A stretch of DNA of 64,000 bases, from the IMG/VR virus record IMGVR_UViG_3300023184_000027, positions 1-64,000 of that record; one strand, 5' to 3'. This document shows, piece after piece, positions 48,368 to 57,748 of this stretch; position 1 is the first letter of the stretch, and each line of letters starts with the position of its first letter. The translations under genes and the position numbers were made by a program. Below the pieces are notes generated by a model. That model was not told where the DNA came from, made no database searches, and saw only the letters and a program-made list of their open reading frames with translations.

Positions 48368-50275
48368 TTATAACACCTCTTCTTTTAATTCTAATTTTGT
48401 TTGTTTCCTTTCATCAATGAATGCTTGAACTCTTTTCCGAGCAACTTCCGTATAATCCGGAGATAACTCAATTCCAATCCATCGTCTCTCTAACACTTCT
48501 GCCGCCACAGCTGATGTTCCACTTCCCATGAAGGGGTCAAGAACAATATCATCCTTATATGTAAGTATCTTAATCGCCTTCCCTGGTATATCCATACTAA
48601 AGGTCGCCTTGGTTAAGGATTTAGTATCAGCAAAGTATTCCCACCTTCCAAACACCAAGTTCATAAACTCTTTCTTATCCTCATCCTTATAAACCATCTT
48701 ATTTTTGATAGTTCCATCTTCCTGAATTACTTTAGTTGGTTCTCCCGTCCATTGAGATTCACCTTTGAGTAATTTCTTACTTGTCTTCTTATATGCTAAA
48801 ATAATACACTCTTTTGGATTATAGATATAAGGACTTGATGCTGACATCCATGAGTTACCACACCACACTAATTGTCCTGATTTTTCAACTAATAATGTTT
48901 TATTAGGTACTGACACACAATAAACTTTATCATCATAATCAATTGTGGTAACATTTTTTTTCTTTATATAACTTTGTTCTTTGTTGAGGATTTGAATTGT
49001 TGTCATTGGGTAATTAGATTTTATTAATTTACCATTCCAAAGTCTATCTTTTGCAAAATAACTATATAATGAACAAATTCTCCCCGATTCAAATAATAAT
49101 CTAAGAATTTGGTCTTTCATTATTTCACTACATACAGAAATTTTCCACAATTCATTGTCTTTAGTAAAAGACCCATCACCATAAAATATCCATAATAATA
49201 ATATTTCTTTCTGTCTTTTAGACATATTAAAAACATAATCAGGTATTGTTCTTAAATTTTTACTTTTTGTATCAAGTAAAAACGACGCTAATTGTTTTGA
49301 ACAACAAAAATATTCGTTTTTTTGTTTTTTATATTCAAAATTAAATGGTAATCTCTCCAACAATTCTTCAATTTCTTTTAAAAATTTTATTTTTGTTTGA
49401 TAAATAGATATTTTGTATATACCTCGTTTAACATCATATGTTAATGAACCATCTGTTAGAAAAATACCTAAAAATCTCACCCAATCATCCGCATCAACAA
49501 TTACCGAATCTCCATTTCTATATATCTTTTTACTTCTTAACCCATACTCTACAGGAGGTATTACTACAGTTTCTACATCCACAACATTATTTAACCCATT
49601 ATGACTTCTAGGTATTGTGAAAACATCTTGAGTTATCTCATTAAATGGTATAACATCTATTTTAGAGTTGTCTACTCTAACCATATTATGGTTTTCTGTT
49701 ATAGTAAGATTAACCGAACGAGTTTTAATATTTACTAATTTACCTTTAAATGGTTTTTCAATATAATCAAAAGCCTTTTGATACTCAATTTCTTTAGTTG
49801 TAGGATTTAATGTCATAAATAAATCCGTCTTAATATCAACATCTTTAAAAAATTTAAGACCATTATTTGTCATAACTTTAGTTTCATTATCATAACAACC
49901 CCAAGCTGTTTGTCTCACTCTATGTGGAGAATCTTCAGTTAAATCAACCATCCCGTAAAATTTAAAACCAACTTCCTTCATCTTCATCCAAAATTCAGCA
50001 TTGAATAATATTCTTCCACCTCTTTCTTGAACATTCACTTCTATTGGAACATTGATGGCAATTCTTCCGTCATCCTTTAATACTCTATAAGCTTCAGTTA
50101 ACCATTTTGTTGTAAAATCCCAATACTCATCCATTGGAATACTATCGTTATAGACATCGTATTTGATGTTAACCCCGTATGGAGGACTAGTTACAACTAA
50201 ATCAACACAACCTTCAGGAAATGTCTTCATAACCTCAACACACTCACCATTTATAATCTTTCCTGTCTCTATCAT
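48368..50275 (-). CDS. Beta-class N4-C/N6-A DNA methyltransferase containing an intein
   Basis: TSPPY (motif IV) N-terminal, DPFMGSGT (motif I) C-terminal. Confidence 0.9.
   Translation of the reverse strand: MIETGKIINGECVEVMKTFPEGCVDLVVTSPPYGVNIKYDVYNDSIPMDEYWDFTTKWLTEAYRVLKDDGRIAINVPIEVNVQERGGRILFNAEFWMKMKEVGFKFYGMVDLTEDSPHRVRQTAWGCYDNETKVMTNNGLKFFKDVDIKTDLFMTLNPTTKEIEYQKAFDYIEKPFKGKLVNIKTRSVNLTITENHNMVRVDNSKIDVIPFNEITQDVFTIPRSHNGLNNVVDVETVVIPPVEYGLRSKKIYRNGDSVIVDADDWVRFLGIFLTDGSLTYDVKRGIYKISIYQTKIKFLKEIEELLERLPFNFEYKKQKNEYFCCSKQLASFLLDTKSKNLRTIPDYVFNMSKRQKEILLLWIFYGDGSFTKDNELWKISVCSEIMKDQILRLLFESGRICSLYSYFAKDRLWNGKLIKSNYPMTTIQILNKEQSYIKKKNVTTIDYDDKVYCVSVPNKTLLVEKSGQLVWCGNSWMSASSPYIYNPKECIILAYKKTSKKLLKGESQWTGEPTKVIQEDGTIKNKMVYKDEDKKEFMNLVFGRWEYFADTKSLTKATFSMDIPGKAIKILTYKDDIVLDPFMGSGTSAVAAEVLERRWIGIELSPDYTEVARKRVQAFIDERKQTKLELKEEVL
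48854..49897 (-). mobile_element. Intein (348 aa) with LAGLIDADG homing endonuclease
   Basis: WG|CYDNETKV...TENH...FLGIFLTDGS...FYGDGS...VYCVSVPN...WCGN|S. Confidence 0.9.
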
Positions 50276-50276
50276 A

Positions 50277-50576
50277 TTATTTTGCGTGGTATTCCCACTC
50301 GTTTTCTTTATTTTTAATTGGTTCTAAACTTTGGTCTAAAAACACAGCATTTTGTTCTCCAGCATATAAACCTAATATGTTATAGTCATAGAACTCTTCA
50401 GCCTCACCCATAGTCATTAGGTCTCGTTCTTGCAGAATTTCAAGGATTCTCTGTTTTGAGTATAGAACTCTATTACCATTACCAAACTCTTGAACAATTC
50501 CAACAATAGCACTTTCTAACCCGTCTAATAGAACCGCACCTTCCGCGTACTCATCAATATCAACTAACACTTTCAT
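50277..50576 (-). CDS. Hypothetical phage protein
   Basis: LDGLE.AIVG...EAEEFYDYNI.G.YAGE. Confidence 0.7.
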   Translation of the reverse strand: MKVLVDIDEYAEGAVLLDGLESAIVGIVQEFGNGNRVLYSKQRILEILQERDLMTMGEAEEFYDYNILGLYAGEQNAVFLDQSLEPIKNKENEWEYHAK

Positions 50577-50797
50577 TATTTATTTTCTAAATTTTCTATT
50601 CTACGATTAAGATACCAAGCCGCCTTGAGTAAATCTTCCAATTCTTTCTCCGGATATTTCTTACCCGCTCTTGAGATATATTTCACCGTATTACCCAAAT
50701 GAAACCCTAAATCCCAATTTTCTATCACCTTAATAGCCTCATATGGATTATCTACACCCCCATAATGGTCGGGGTTTTTCACCATTTCTTTACTCAT
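50576..50797 (-). CDS. DUF3310 family protein
   Basis: NPDHY...EAIKVIE...GN.VKYI.RAGKK...EDL.KA.WYL. Confidence 0.85.
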   Translation of the reverse strand: MSKEMVKNPDHYGGVDNPYEAIKVIENWDLGFHLGNTVKYISRAGKKYPEKELEDLLKAAWYLNRRIENLENK

Positions 50798-51367
50798 AAT
50801 TTTACCAAATAATATTTACCTAATTTTATACTCTTTCTATAACCCTGTCTAACAGAAAACAATGGTTTTGTTGTTATTTTAAACCCAACCCCACTCTTAC
50901 CTGAAGTAATATAAAACTGACTTTTAGATTTACCTATTAAGAGGGGAAAGTTAAATATTCTAATCACTGTTTGACTACAACCACTACCAATATGATATGT
51001 TTTTTTAGATAACCACATAATAATCTTTCGCTGTTTTACTTTCTACAATAATACCGGATTCTATCAAAAAATCCAGCTCTTTTTTTGTTTCTTCAATATT
51101 CTTTTTAAGAATATACTTTGAAATGTAATTAATGTGGATTGGTTGTCTTAATTTACCAATCAAATTACTAATTTGTTTTTCGTCCATAATTAAGTTTTTC
51201 TTTAATTTTATCTTCAGTCAATCCTTTCATATACCATTTATAAACTTTGGACGATATTTTATCTGATAGAATCAACATATCCGATTTAAACAGCAAAGTT
51301 AATCCTAAATCATTATTAAAACAATTTTTTATTGATTTTTTATCAATTATTTTTTTGTTAAATCCCA

Positions 51368-52138
51368 TTAAGACAATAATCTTTTATTTTGTTTTCCACT
51401 TTGACTTATATACGCTAATATTTTCCTTTTAAAGATTGGTACTAATGTTTCCTCTAACGGAAAAATATCACTACAAAAAACTTCAAATAATGGATGTGAT
51501 TCTTCATTATTCTTTTCATAAGTTTTAGAAAATTTAGATATAATTTGGGGAATTGTCAAATCGTCTTGGATACCTTCGTAAACTAATTTTAACGATGTTT
51601 TAGTTTGATTCTTTGTTTTGTAAATTTTTCTTGTAGTATATTGCCAAATATATAATTTATCCGGTAATTTGTAGTAAAAAAACCCTGACTTGTTTGATAA
51701 ATTATTTTTGTTTTTTTTCATCACAACATCTATGGAATCATAAACAATACTCCAAATAGATTTTGCAAAATTAAAATAGTCGTATAATTGGGGTTGACTA
51801 TTTTTTAAAATTTTTCGGTATTCAATTACTTCTTCGTCCGCTAGCACGGGAATATCTTTAACTTTTAAATCTGAAAAAATTAATTCATCATCTTTTGATG
51901 ATAATTTTTTATCAATATAAAGTATTTTGTTTTGTGTCAATAAGGTTTGCATATTACCCAAATGTAATGAAAGCTCAATAAACATTGGGTAAACCTCCAT
52001 TCTCTCAAGATGTTTATTCATCTTTTGAAAATAGTCTAATAAGACATATTGTTTTTGTTCTGCATCAAGCACACCATCAAATAACCAATCGGTATTCATT
52101 ATAAATGATGTCTTTTTATTTTTTTGTTTCTTTTCCAT
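51368..52138 (-). CDS. Hypothetical protein
   Basis: 256-aa ORF heading the MTase operon. Confidence 0.7.
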   Translation of the reverse strand: MEKKQKNKKTSFIMNTDWLFDGVLDAEQKQYVLLDYFQKMNKHLERMEVYPMFIELSLHLGNMQTLLTQNKILYIDKKLSSKDDELIFSDLKVKDIPVLADEEVIEYRKILKNSQPQLYDYFNFAKSIWSIVYDSIDVVMKKNKNNLSNKSGFFYYKLPDKLYIWQYTTRKIYKTKNQTKTSLKLVYEGIQDDLTIPQIISKFSKTYEKNNEESHPLFEVFCSDIFPLEETLVPIFKRKILAYISQSGKQNKRLLS

Positions 52139-52187
52139 ATATTATTATATTAATTATATGAAAATATATTAAAGAAATGAATAGTTT

Positions 52188-53546
52188 TTAACCAACTCTC
52201 ATAACATAATATCTAGTATTGTTAACAACTACATCATCATATGTACCATCGTATCCATTCATCATACCCCAACCATCATCATCAACTAATCCTTGAGCTA
52301 AAGCATCTTTATCAATATAATCCTCAATACTTAATCCAAAATCACTCATATAAGATGTAATATTATTCTCAACATCTTTTAACATTGAGTCTACCTTATT
52401 ATCAATCATATCTTGGGATGGTTCCATATCAACCTCAATATTATCTAATTCTTCTTGAAGATAGTCTATGTGGTCTTGTGTTTGTTCATATTCTGTTGAG
52501 TCCGAATCATCTATATTTCTTAATCTTTCTTCATATTCTTCAATTTCAGATTCAAGTTGTTCTTTCCTTTCTTCTTGTTCTGAGGTTAACTCAAAATCAT
52601 CATCACTAAAATAGACATCCGGTTCGTTAGATATATCATTTTCATAAAATTCTCTAAAATAATCAAGAACCTCATCTTCGTTAATATAATAATCAATAAA
52701 ACCACTTCTAAACCCCTCAACACCTATTTCATCAATTAAATTTTTTGCGTAATCTAACGCAGAACTTTCCATCTCATCTTCATCACCAACAGAATATTCT
52801 CTACCTTTAAATCCTGGTAGTAAAACCTCAAATTGGGATAAACCATAATAACTGTAATCACCAGGGTACATATCGTAAACATCCGCAACATCTTCTGTTA
52901 ACCCATCAATTTCTTCTTGAACTTCCTCAATAGTATTTAATATTTCAACATTTTCATCGGGGTCACCTTCTCTATCTTCATCTTCATATTGAGCTTCAAG
53001 GTCTTCTTTCTTTTTTATTAATACCGATAATTTTTCTTTATCATCCTCATCTAAAACTTTTACATCACCCTCTTGTTCTAAATATTCTAATAACGCTTGA
53101 GCCTTCATACCTAACTCGTCTTCCTGTTCAAGGTTCCAATCATCACCATCTCTATATTCATTCATTGTTTGTTTCTTATGATTCAATTCCTCCAATTCTC
53201 GTCTTTTTTCTCGAGGTGAACCGTAATCAGTAGTATAACTCTGAACCTTTATATTTGAAATATCAGACACCATAGTATTACTGATATTTAAATAACCATC
53301 AATATAACCAATATTACCTAATGAGGTTGTTGGAGTATTCGCAAGATTTAAGTCATCAGTTATCCATAATGGTTTTCCTCCAAATTTTTTAAGATTCGTT
53401 ATAGCTTTTCCATTATAACTAGTTAAAACCATTAAATCCGTATATTCTTTAGGCGTCATTTTATAATAATCGTCCTCAACTTGTTCAACAATTGTTTTAA
53501 TAAAACGAAATAACCCTTCTTCTGTAAGTCTAATTTTTCTGCTCAT
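52188..53546 (-). CDS. Very acidic coiled-coil protein with RLTEE leader
   Basis: MSRKIRLTEEGL...IVEQ; GTATTTATA upstream. Confidence 0.75.
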   Translation of the reverse strand: MSRKIRLTEEGLFRFIKTIVEQVEDDYYKMTPKEYTDLMVLTSYNGKAITNLKKFGGKPLWITDDLNLANTPTTSLGNIGYIDGYLNISNTMVSDISNIKVQSYTTDYGSPREKRRELEELNHKKQTMNEYRDGDDWNLEQEDELGMKAQALLEYLEQEGDVKVLDEDDKEKLSVLIKKKEDLEAQYEDEDREGDPDENVEILNTIEEVQEEIDGLTEDVADVYDMYPGDYSYYGLSQFEVLLPGFKGREYSVGDEDEMESSALDYAKNLIDEIGVEGFRSGFIDYYINEDEVLDYFREFYENDISNEPDVYFSDDDFELTSEQEERKEQLESEIEEYEERLRNIDDSDSTEYEQTQDHIDYLQEELDNIEVDMEPSQDMIDNKVDSMLKDVENNITSYMSDFGLSIEDYIDKDALAQGLVDDDGWGMMNGYDGTYDDVVVNNTRYYVMRVG

Positions 53547-53635
53547 AATTATAAATACCCAAAATTAAAAAAAAATCTTTACATATTACTATTATAACAG
53601 ATATTTATTGATATAAACATTTAAAAAATTTTATC

Positions 53636-53782
53636 ATGGGATGCGGTTGCAAGGGAAATTCAAATCAAACACAAACAACTCAACAAACGAGCCAGTCTCA
53701 ACCTAAAGCTCCTGAGCCTAAAACTCAGCCTATACAAGAGTCAATTCGTAAAGTTGTTGAGAAATATTATAATAAAAAATAA
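53636..53782 (+). CDS. Small MGCGCK protein (48 aa, not in ORF track)
   Basis: MGCGCKGNSNQ...IRKVVEKYYNKK; ATATTTATT upstream, hairpin terminator downstream. Confidence 0.6.
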   Translation: MGCGCKGNSNQTQTTQQTSQSQPKAPEPKTQPIQESIRKVVEKYYNKK

Positions 53783-53883
53783 TATTTATTGTGTTAAAAA
53801 TCTGAGGGACTTTATGTCCCTTTTTTTATTTTCTATTTAGAATTAATATAATTTTAATTATTAATTGGTATAAGTTTAAAATT

Positions 53884-54708
53884 ATGAAATATATTAACGA
53901 AAAATCAAATAGAGGTATTGTGAATTTATTCTCCGATTACCTATTAAAAGAATTAACTAAAGAAAATAATATTGATGCAGTTATAGAAGTAACCGATTGT
54001 GGTAAATTTTTTATCGTTAACGGATTAACTAATTCAAATAAGATATTAGATATGACTAAATTAAAATCTTCTTTCTTGGAAGAATATAAAGAACTATTAT
54101 CTGAATTTGGTTATACACAAATAAACATTATTGATGTAATTACTTATGGTCAAGAATTAGTTAAAAAATCTGAATATACTTACGATTTTTATGATTCAGT
54201 TAGACCAATATACCCACAATCAATTATTAATTATGTATCGAATGATACTCAAGGATTAAAATACCATTCTATTTCTGATATTAATGGTTTAACCCTTGAA
54301 TTAGATTATTCTGAAGAGAATACTAAAGATTTAACAACTTTTAATTACTCACCTTTGAATATCACATCTGAGTTCCCACACGGGTATAGTTTAGATATGG
54401 GTAGATTAGAATTTTATTATTCAGAATATATCGCTAATCATTTATTTTGTCACTCAATCACCGATAAAATACAATTCAAATATTCTAACATTAAAAATAA
54501 TGATGACGATTATATGATTAACATTAATACAACATCTGTCCATAATAATGAATCTATCGTTTCAATGGTATTAGATGTGTTTGATTTTGATATGTTGAAA
54601 TTTAAGTCTACAATAAAATCATACGATATAATAGAAGACTTGACAAAACCTTTTGATAAAAAACCTTGGTTAGTGAAAGACCGAATAAAAGATTTGGTTA
54701 TTTTTTAA
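53884..54708 (+). CDS. Hypothetical protein, N-terminus weakly MetK (SAM synthetase)-like
   Basis: IVNLFSDYLL...AVIEV...FIVNGLTNS parallels the MetK N-terminal pattern; catalytic GHPDK absent. Confidence 0.4.
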   Translation: MKYINEKSNRGIVNLFSDYLLKELTKENNIDAVIEVTDCGKFFIVNGLTNSNKILDMTKLKSSFLEEYKELLSEFGYTQINIIDVITYGQELVKKSEYTYDFYDSVRPIYPQSIINYVSNDTQGLKYHSISDINGLTLELDYSEENTKDLTTFNYSPLNITSEFPHGYSLDMGRLEFYYSEYIANHLFCHSITDKIQFKYSNIKNNDDDYMININTTSVHNNESIVSMVLDVFDFDMLKFKSTIKSYDIIEDLTKPFDKKPWLVKDRIKDLVIF

Positions 54709-54712
54709 AAAA

Positions 54713-57700
54713 TTAACAACTTGACACTGTTATACCTCCAGCAGTATTAACCCACGAAATTCTCCATCCTTTTGCTTTCATTTGAGTTAAACCACTACAA
54801 GTACCTGAATCCGACGAACTTGGAAATGAGATATAACTATAATTAGACACAGTATTAATATTTGTTGCCCATCCAAGTAAAGTACTGGTAAGATTAGCAG
54901 GTGTTAAATCAAAAGTATTTCTAGGTCTATTAGCATCACCTGTCGATAAAGACCAAAATGATGCTTGCGCTTGGGTTAAGGATGATAAATTCCACGAACT
55001 AAGATTTTGATTAAGAGAAAAACAATTTGAAAACATAGAATCCGCAGTACTAATTTTTGATGTATTCCAATTATTCATTGGTTGATTAAATAAATAACAC
55101 CTTGCAAACATTCCTTGGGAATTTGATAATCTTTGTAGATTCCAAGTATTAACCGAACCATTAAATTTACGACAACTTCCAAACATAAAAAATGTATCGG
55201 TTATCCATTGCATTGTAGAACCAACTCTTTCCCAATTTGAACAATCTTGATTAAATTCATAACAATATTGGAACATGTAGGTAGTTCCCGATACTTTAGT
55301 AAAATTAAAATTGGTTAATGGTTGATTAAATGTAGTTGCGGAATAGAACATACTTGCTACATAAACAACACTAGATGTGTTCCAATTCTTAATTGAGTCA
55401 CTACCACCATTATTAAAATTAGTTGCCTCATAAAACATATATGTCATATCAGTAACACCTGTTACATTCCAATTACCAACATTGTGATTAAGTCTTGACG
55501 ACATATACATTTCATCCATGTATGTAACATTACTTGTATTCCAAGAACTAAGGTCTTGAGGAAGAGGAGCTGGCGTATTTACTGACCCTAAAATAGGTGA
55601 CGTTAAAGCAAACATTCTATACATTCCTATAATATTAGACACATTCCAATATTCTAACCCACCTACTTTACCTAATTTAGTACATCCATCAAAACAATTA
55701 TCAAGACTAGTTACCGTACCTAAATTAGGAGCATTCACACAAGTATCCATCGTTAAATTCACACAACCCATAAATAAAGCATCTGAATTACCAGGACTAA
55801 CATTATTTATAAATTTAATTGCTCCCCAATTATAAATTCTATCTAATAATTTCTTTTGGTCAGTAGATAAAGCCCTATAACTGAAACCATCAACTTGACC
55901 TGTTAATGTTATATCATAAGCCCATAATAAACTACTTGTTGTATATGTATGGAATCTTTGACTATAATTAGTTATTGTACTTGTTGTTCCATCACCCCAA
56001 TTAGCAACAAAATTATAAGTGCCATTACTAACTAAAGGTAATTCAATTGTTTTAGTGTTAACATAGTATGTACTATTACCCGCATTATTATTAACTCGCA
56101 AAGTCGCAACATTTGATACTAAATTTTGAGTTAAACAACTTGGAATTTGAGATGTGTCAACAATAAGTTTTCCAACATTACGACTATAACTAAGAGTATA
56201 CGGATAATTTAAATTAACCACATATGTTTTAGAGACTGGAGACACATCAGTTGTTGTTGACGATACATAAATATTATTGTTATATTGAAATAGACCCCAA
56301 GTATCTAAAGTATCTAAAGGTGGTATAAATAATTGAGTATCTACCTCTAATGTTCCTGTTAAGTAATCCCATTGAGTTAAATAACGATTAGAACCACTTA
56401 TATCCCTTGTAAGTGCTAAAAATTTATTAGTTGTTGTTTTATAAAAATCACCTGTAATCTCCCTATTTAACATTAACGAAAATTTAGTTGTCATAACCGC
56501 CGCTCCCGACACATCAATCTCAACCACTTTGTTAGGTGTGGTATTTGCGTTTACAGCTAAAATAACTGTGTCTGAAATCGATGCTAGTCCATTTGATTGG
56601 TAATAACCTGAAGGCCAAGGTATATCACGACTAAATGTCGTTACAAATGATGTTAACGATATGTTATATTCTTTAAACGAACTAGTATTATCACTTGAAC
56701 CCCAAAGTTTATTGCTCGTATGTGACATACCAGGTCCAATAGGAAAATTAGGAACTGTTAATTGTGTTGATGTATTTGCGGTAACATTATAATAAAAAAC
56801 ATTTCCGTTATTATCATTAAATAAAACACCACAAGTTGGTATAGCCGGATTACTACTTGGTGTTGGCGTTAGAGTTGGAGTTTGAGTATTTGTTTGAGTT
56901 ATTGTTGGTGTTGGCGTTGGTGTTGCTGGTAAATCTTGTATTAAACGAACTGACAGTCCCCAATTATAAGATGCTCCGACACCACCTGCAAATGCGTCAG
57001 TCGAACTAGAATTAATTGTAATGTAATAAGCTGTTGTAAGGTCGTACTCAGAAGAAGTCCACCAATAACCATTGGTACGAATACTACTGAATGTACCGAG
57101 ATTTGAGCGATAACCACCAGGAAGAGCCCTAAAACCACTATACGGTGTTAATATTGGATTAGGAGCGTTCCAATATGTTGTACCAGATAATTTCATCTTA
57201 CCTCCCGCAAATTGATATATTGTTGGAACTCCCGATTGAGTACCTAAAGATTCTATGACTGTAATCCATTCAGATTCTGTTGGTATATGATACCCTGATG
57301 GTGCTAACTTTTTTCTTAATGATGGGTTGGATGCTGACGCAGCATCATAGATACCTGCCACGGCATACCAATTATATAATTTTCCGTATGTGTTTCCAGT
57401 TATTGTGACATTATTATAATAACACCAAGCCCCTGTTGTTAACCCTGACCAAGCATTGACACCAGTTGTACCTGTCACTTGAGGTATTGAAGTACCATCG
57501 CTATAAGTCGTAACATTTAAATTACATACCGTCCAAATTTGAGTTCCAATAGTTACACCCGACTCTGGACAAAGATATGTTCTAGTCGGTGTCGGTGTAG
57601 GAGTTTTAGTTGATGTAGGAGTAGGTGAATTGGGTAATAACACCCCATTTATTTTATCTGTGTTTGCTTTAAGAGTATTGTTAGCACTTTTCATAGACGC

Positions 57701-57736
57701 TAACAATACATTATCAAATCTTTTAAGTAGTGCCAT
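54713..57736 (-). CDS. Large adhesin/fibre-like protein: FISUMP domain, PT linkers, PKD-like domain, DUF285/BspA-type repeats
   Basis: VTIGTQIW...NL...YGKLYNWYA...P.G.HIPT..EW...GF.ALPGG.R; TPTPT linkers; NWGDG; W(N/D)(T/V)S.VT.M..MF repeats. Confidence 0.8.
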   Translation of the reverse strand: MALLKRFDNVLLASMKSANNTLKANTDKINGVLLPNSPTPTSTKTPTPTPTRTYLCPESGVTIGTQIWTVCNLNVTTYSDGTSIPQVTGTTGVNAWSGLTTGAWCYYNNVTITGNTYGKLYNWYAVAGIYDAASASNPSLRKKLAPSGYHIPTESEWITVIESLGTQSGVPTIYQFAGGKMKLSGTTYWNAPNPILTPYSGFRALPGGYRSNLGTFSSIRTNGYWWTSSEYDLTTAYYITINSSSTDAFAGGVGASYNWGLSVRLIQDLPATPTPTPTITQTNTQTPTLTPTPSSNPAIPTCGVLFNDNNGNVFYYNVTANTSTQLTVPNFPIGPGMSHTSNKLWGSSDNTSSFKEYNISLTSFVTTFSRDIPWPSGYYQSNGLASISDTVILAVNANTTPNKVVEIDVSGAAVMTTKFSLMLNREITGDFYKTTTNKFLALTRDISGSNRYLTQWDYLTGTLEVDTQLFIPPLDTLDTWGLFQYNNNIYVSSTTTDVSPVSKTYVVNLNYPYTLSYSRNVGKLIVDTSQIPSCLTQNLVSNVATLRVNNNAGNSTYYVNTKTIELPLVSNGTYNFVANWGDGTTSTITNYSQRFHTYTTSSLLWAYDITLTGQVDGFSYRALSTDQKKLLDRIYNWGAIKFINNVSPGNSDALFMGCVNLTMDTCVNAPNLGTVTSLDNCFDGCTKLGKVGGLEYWNVSNIIGMYRMFALTSPILGSVNTPAPLPQDLSSWNTSNVTYMDEMYMSSRLNHNVGNWNVTGVTDMTYMFYEATNFNNGGSDSIKNWNTSSVVYVASMFYSATTFNQPLTNFNFTKVSGTTYMFQYCYEFNQDCSNWERVGSTMQWITDTFFMFGSCRKFNGSVNTWNLQRLSNSQGMFARCYLFNQPMNNWNTSKISTADSMFSNCFSLNQNLSSWNLSSLTQAQASFWSLSTGDANRPRNTFDLTPANLTSTLLGWATNINTVSNYSYISFPSSSDSGTCSGLTQMKAKGWRISWVNTAGGITVSSC

Positions 57737-57748
57737 TTTTATTTAAAT

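Noticed and set aside
48368-52138. Complete restriction-modification system
   Set aside because: No recognisable cognate restriction endonuclease next to the MTase
110-52609. Numerous short antisense ORFs in the track (e.g. 433-630, 3245-3514, 4637-5002, 20312-20725)
   Set aside because: They overlap better-supported genes on the opposite strand and have Ser/Ile/Phe-rich shadow composition
54713-57736. Diversity-generating retroelement targeting the FISUMP domain
   Set aside because: No reverse transcriptase or template-repeat copy visible in the window
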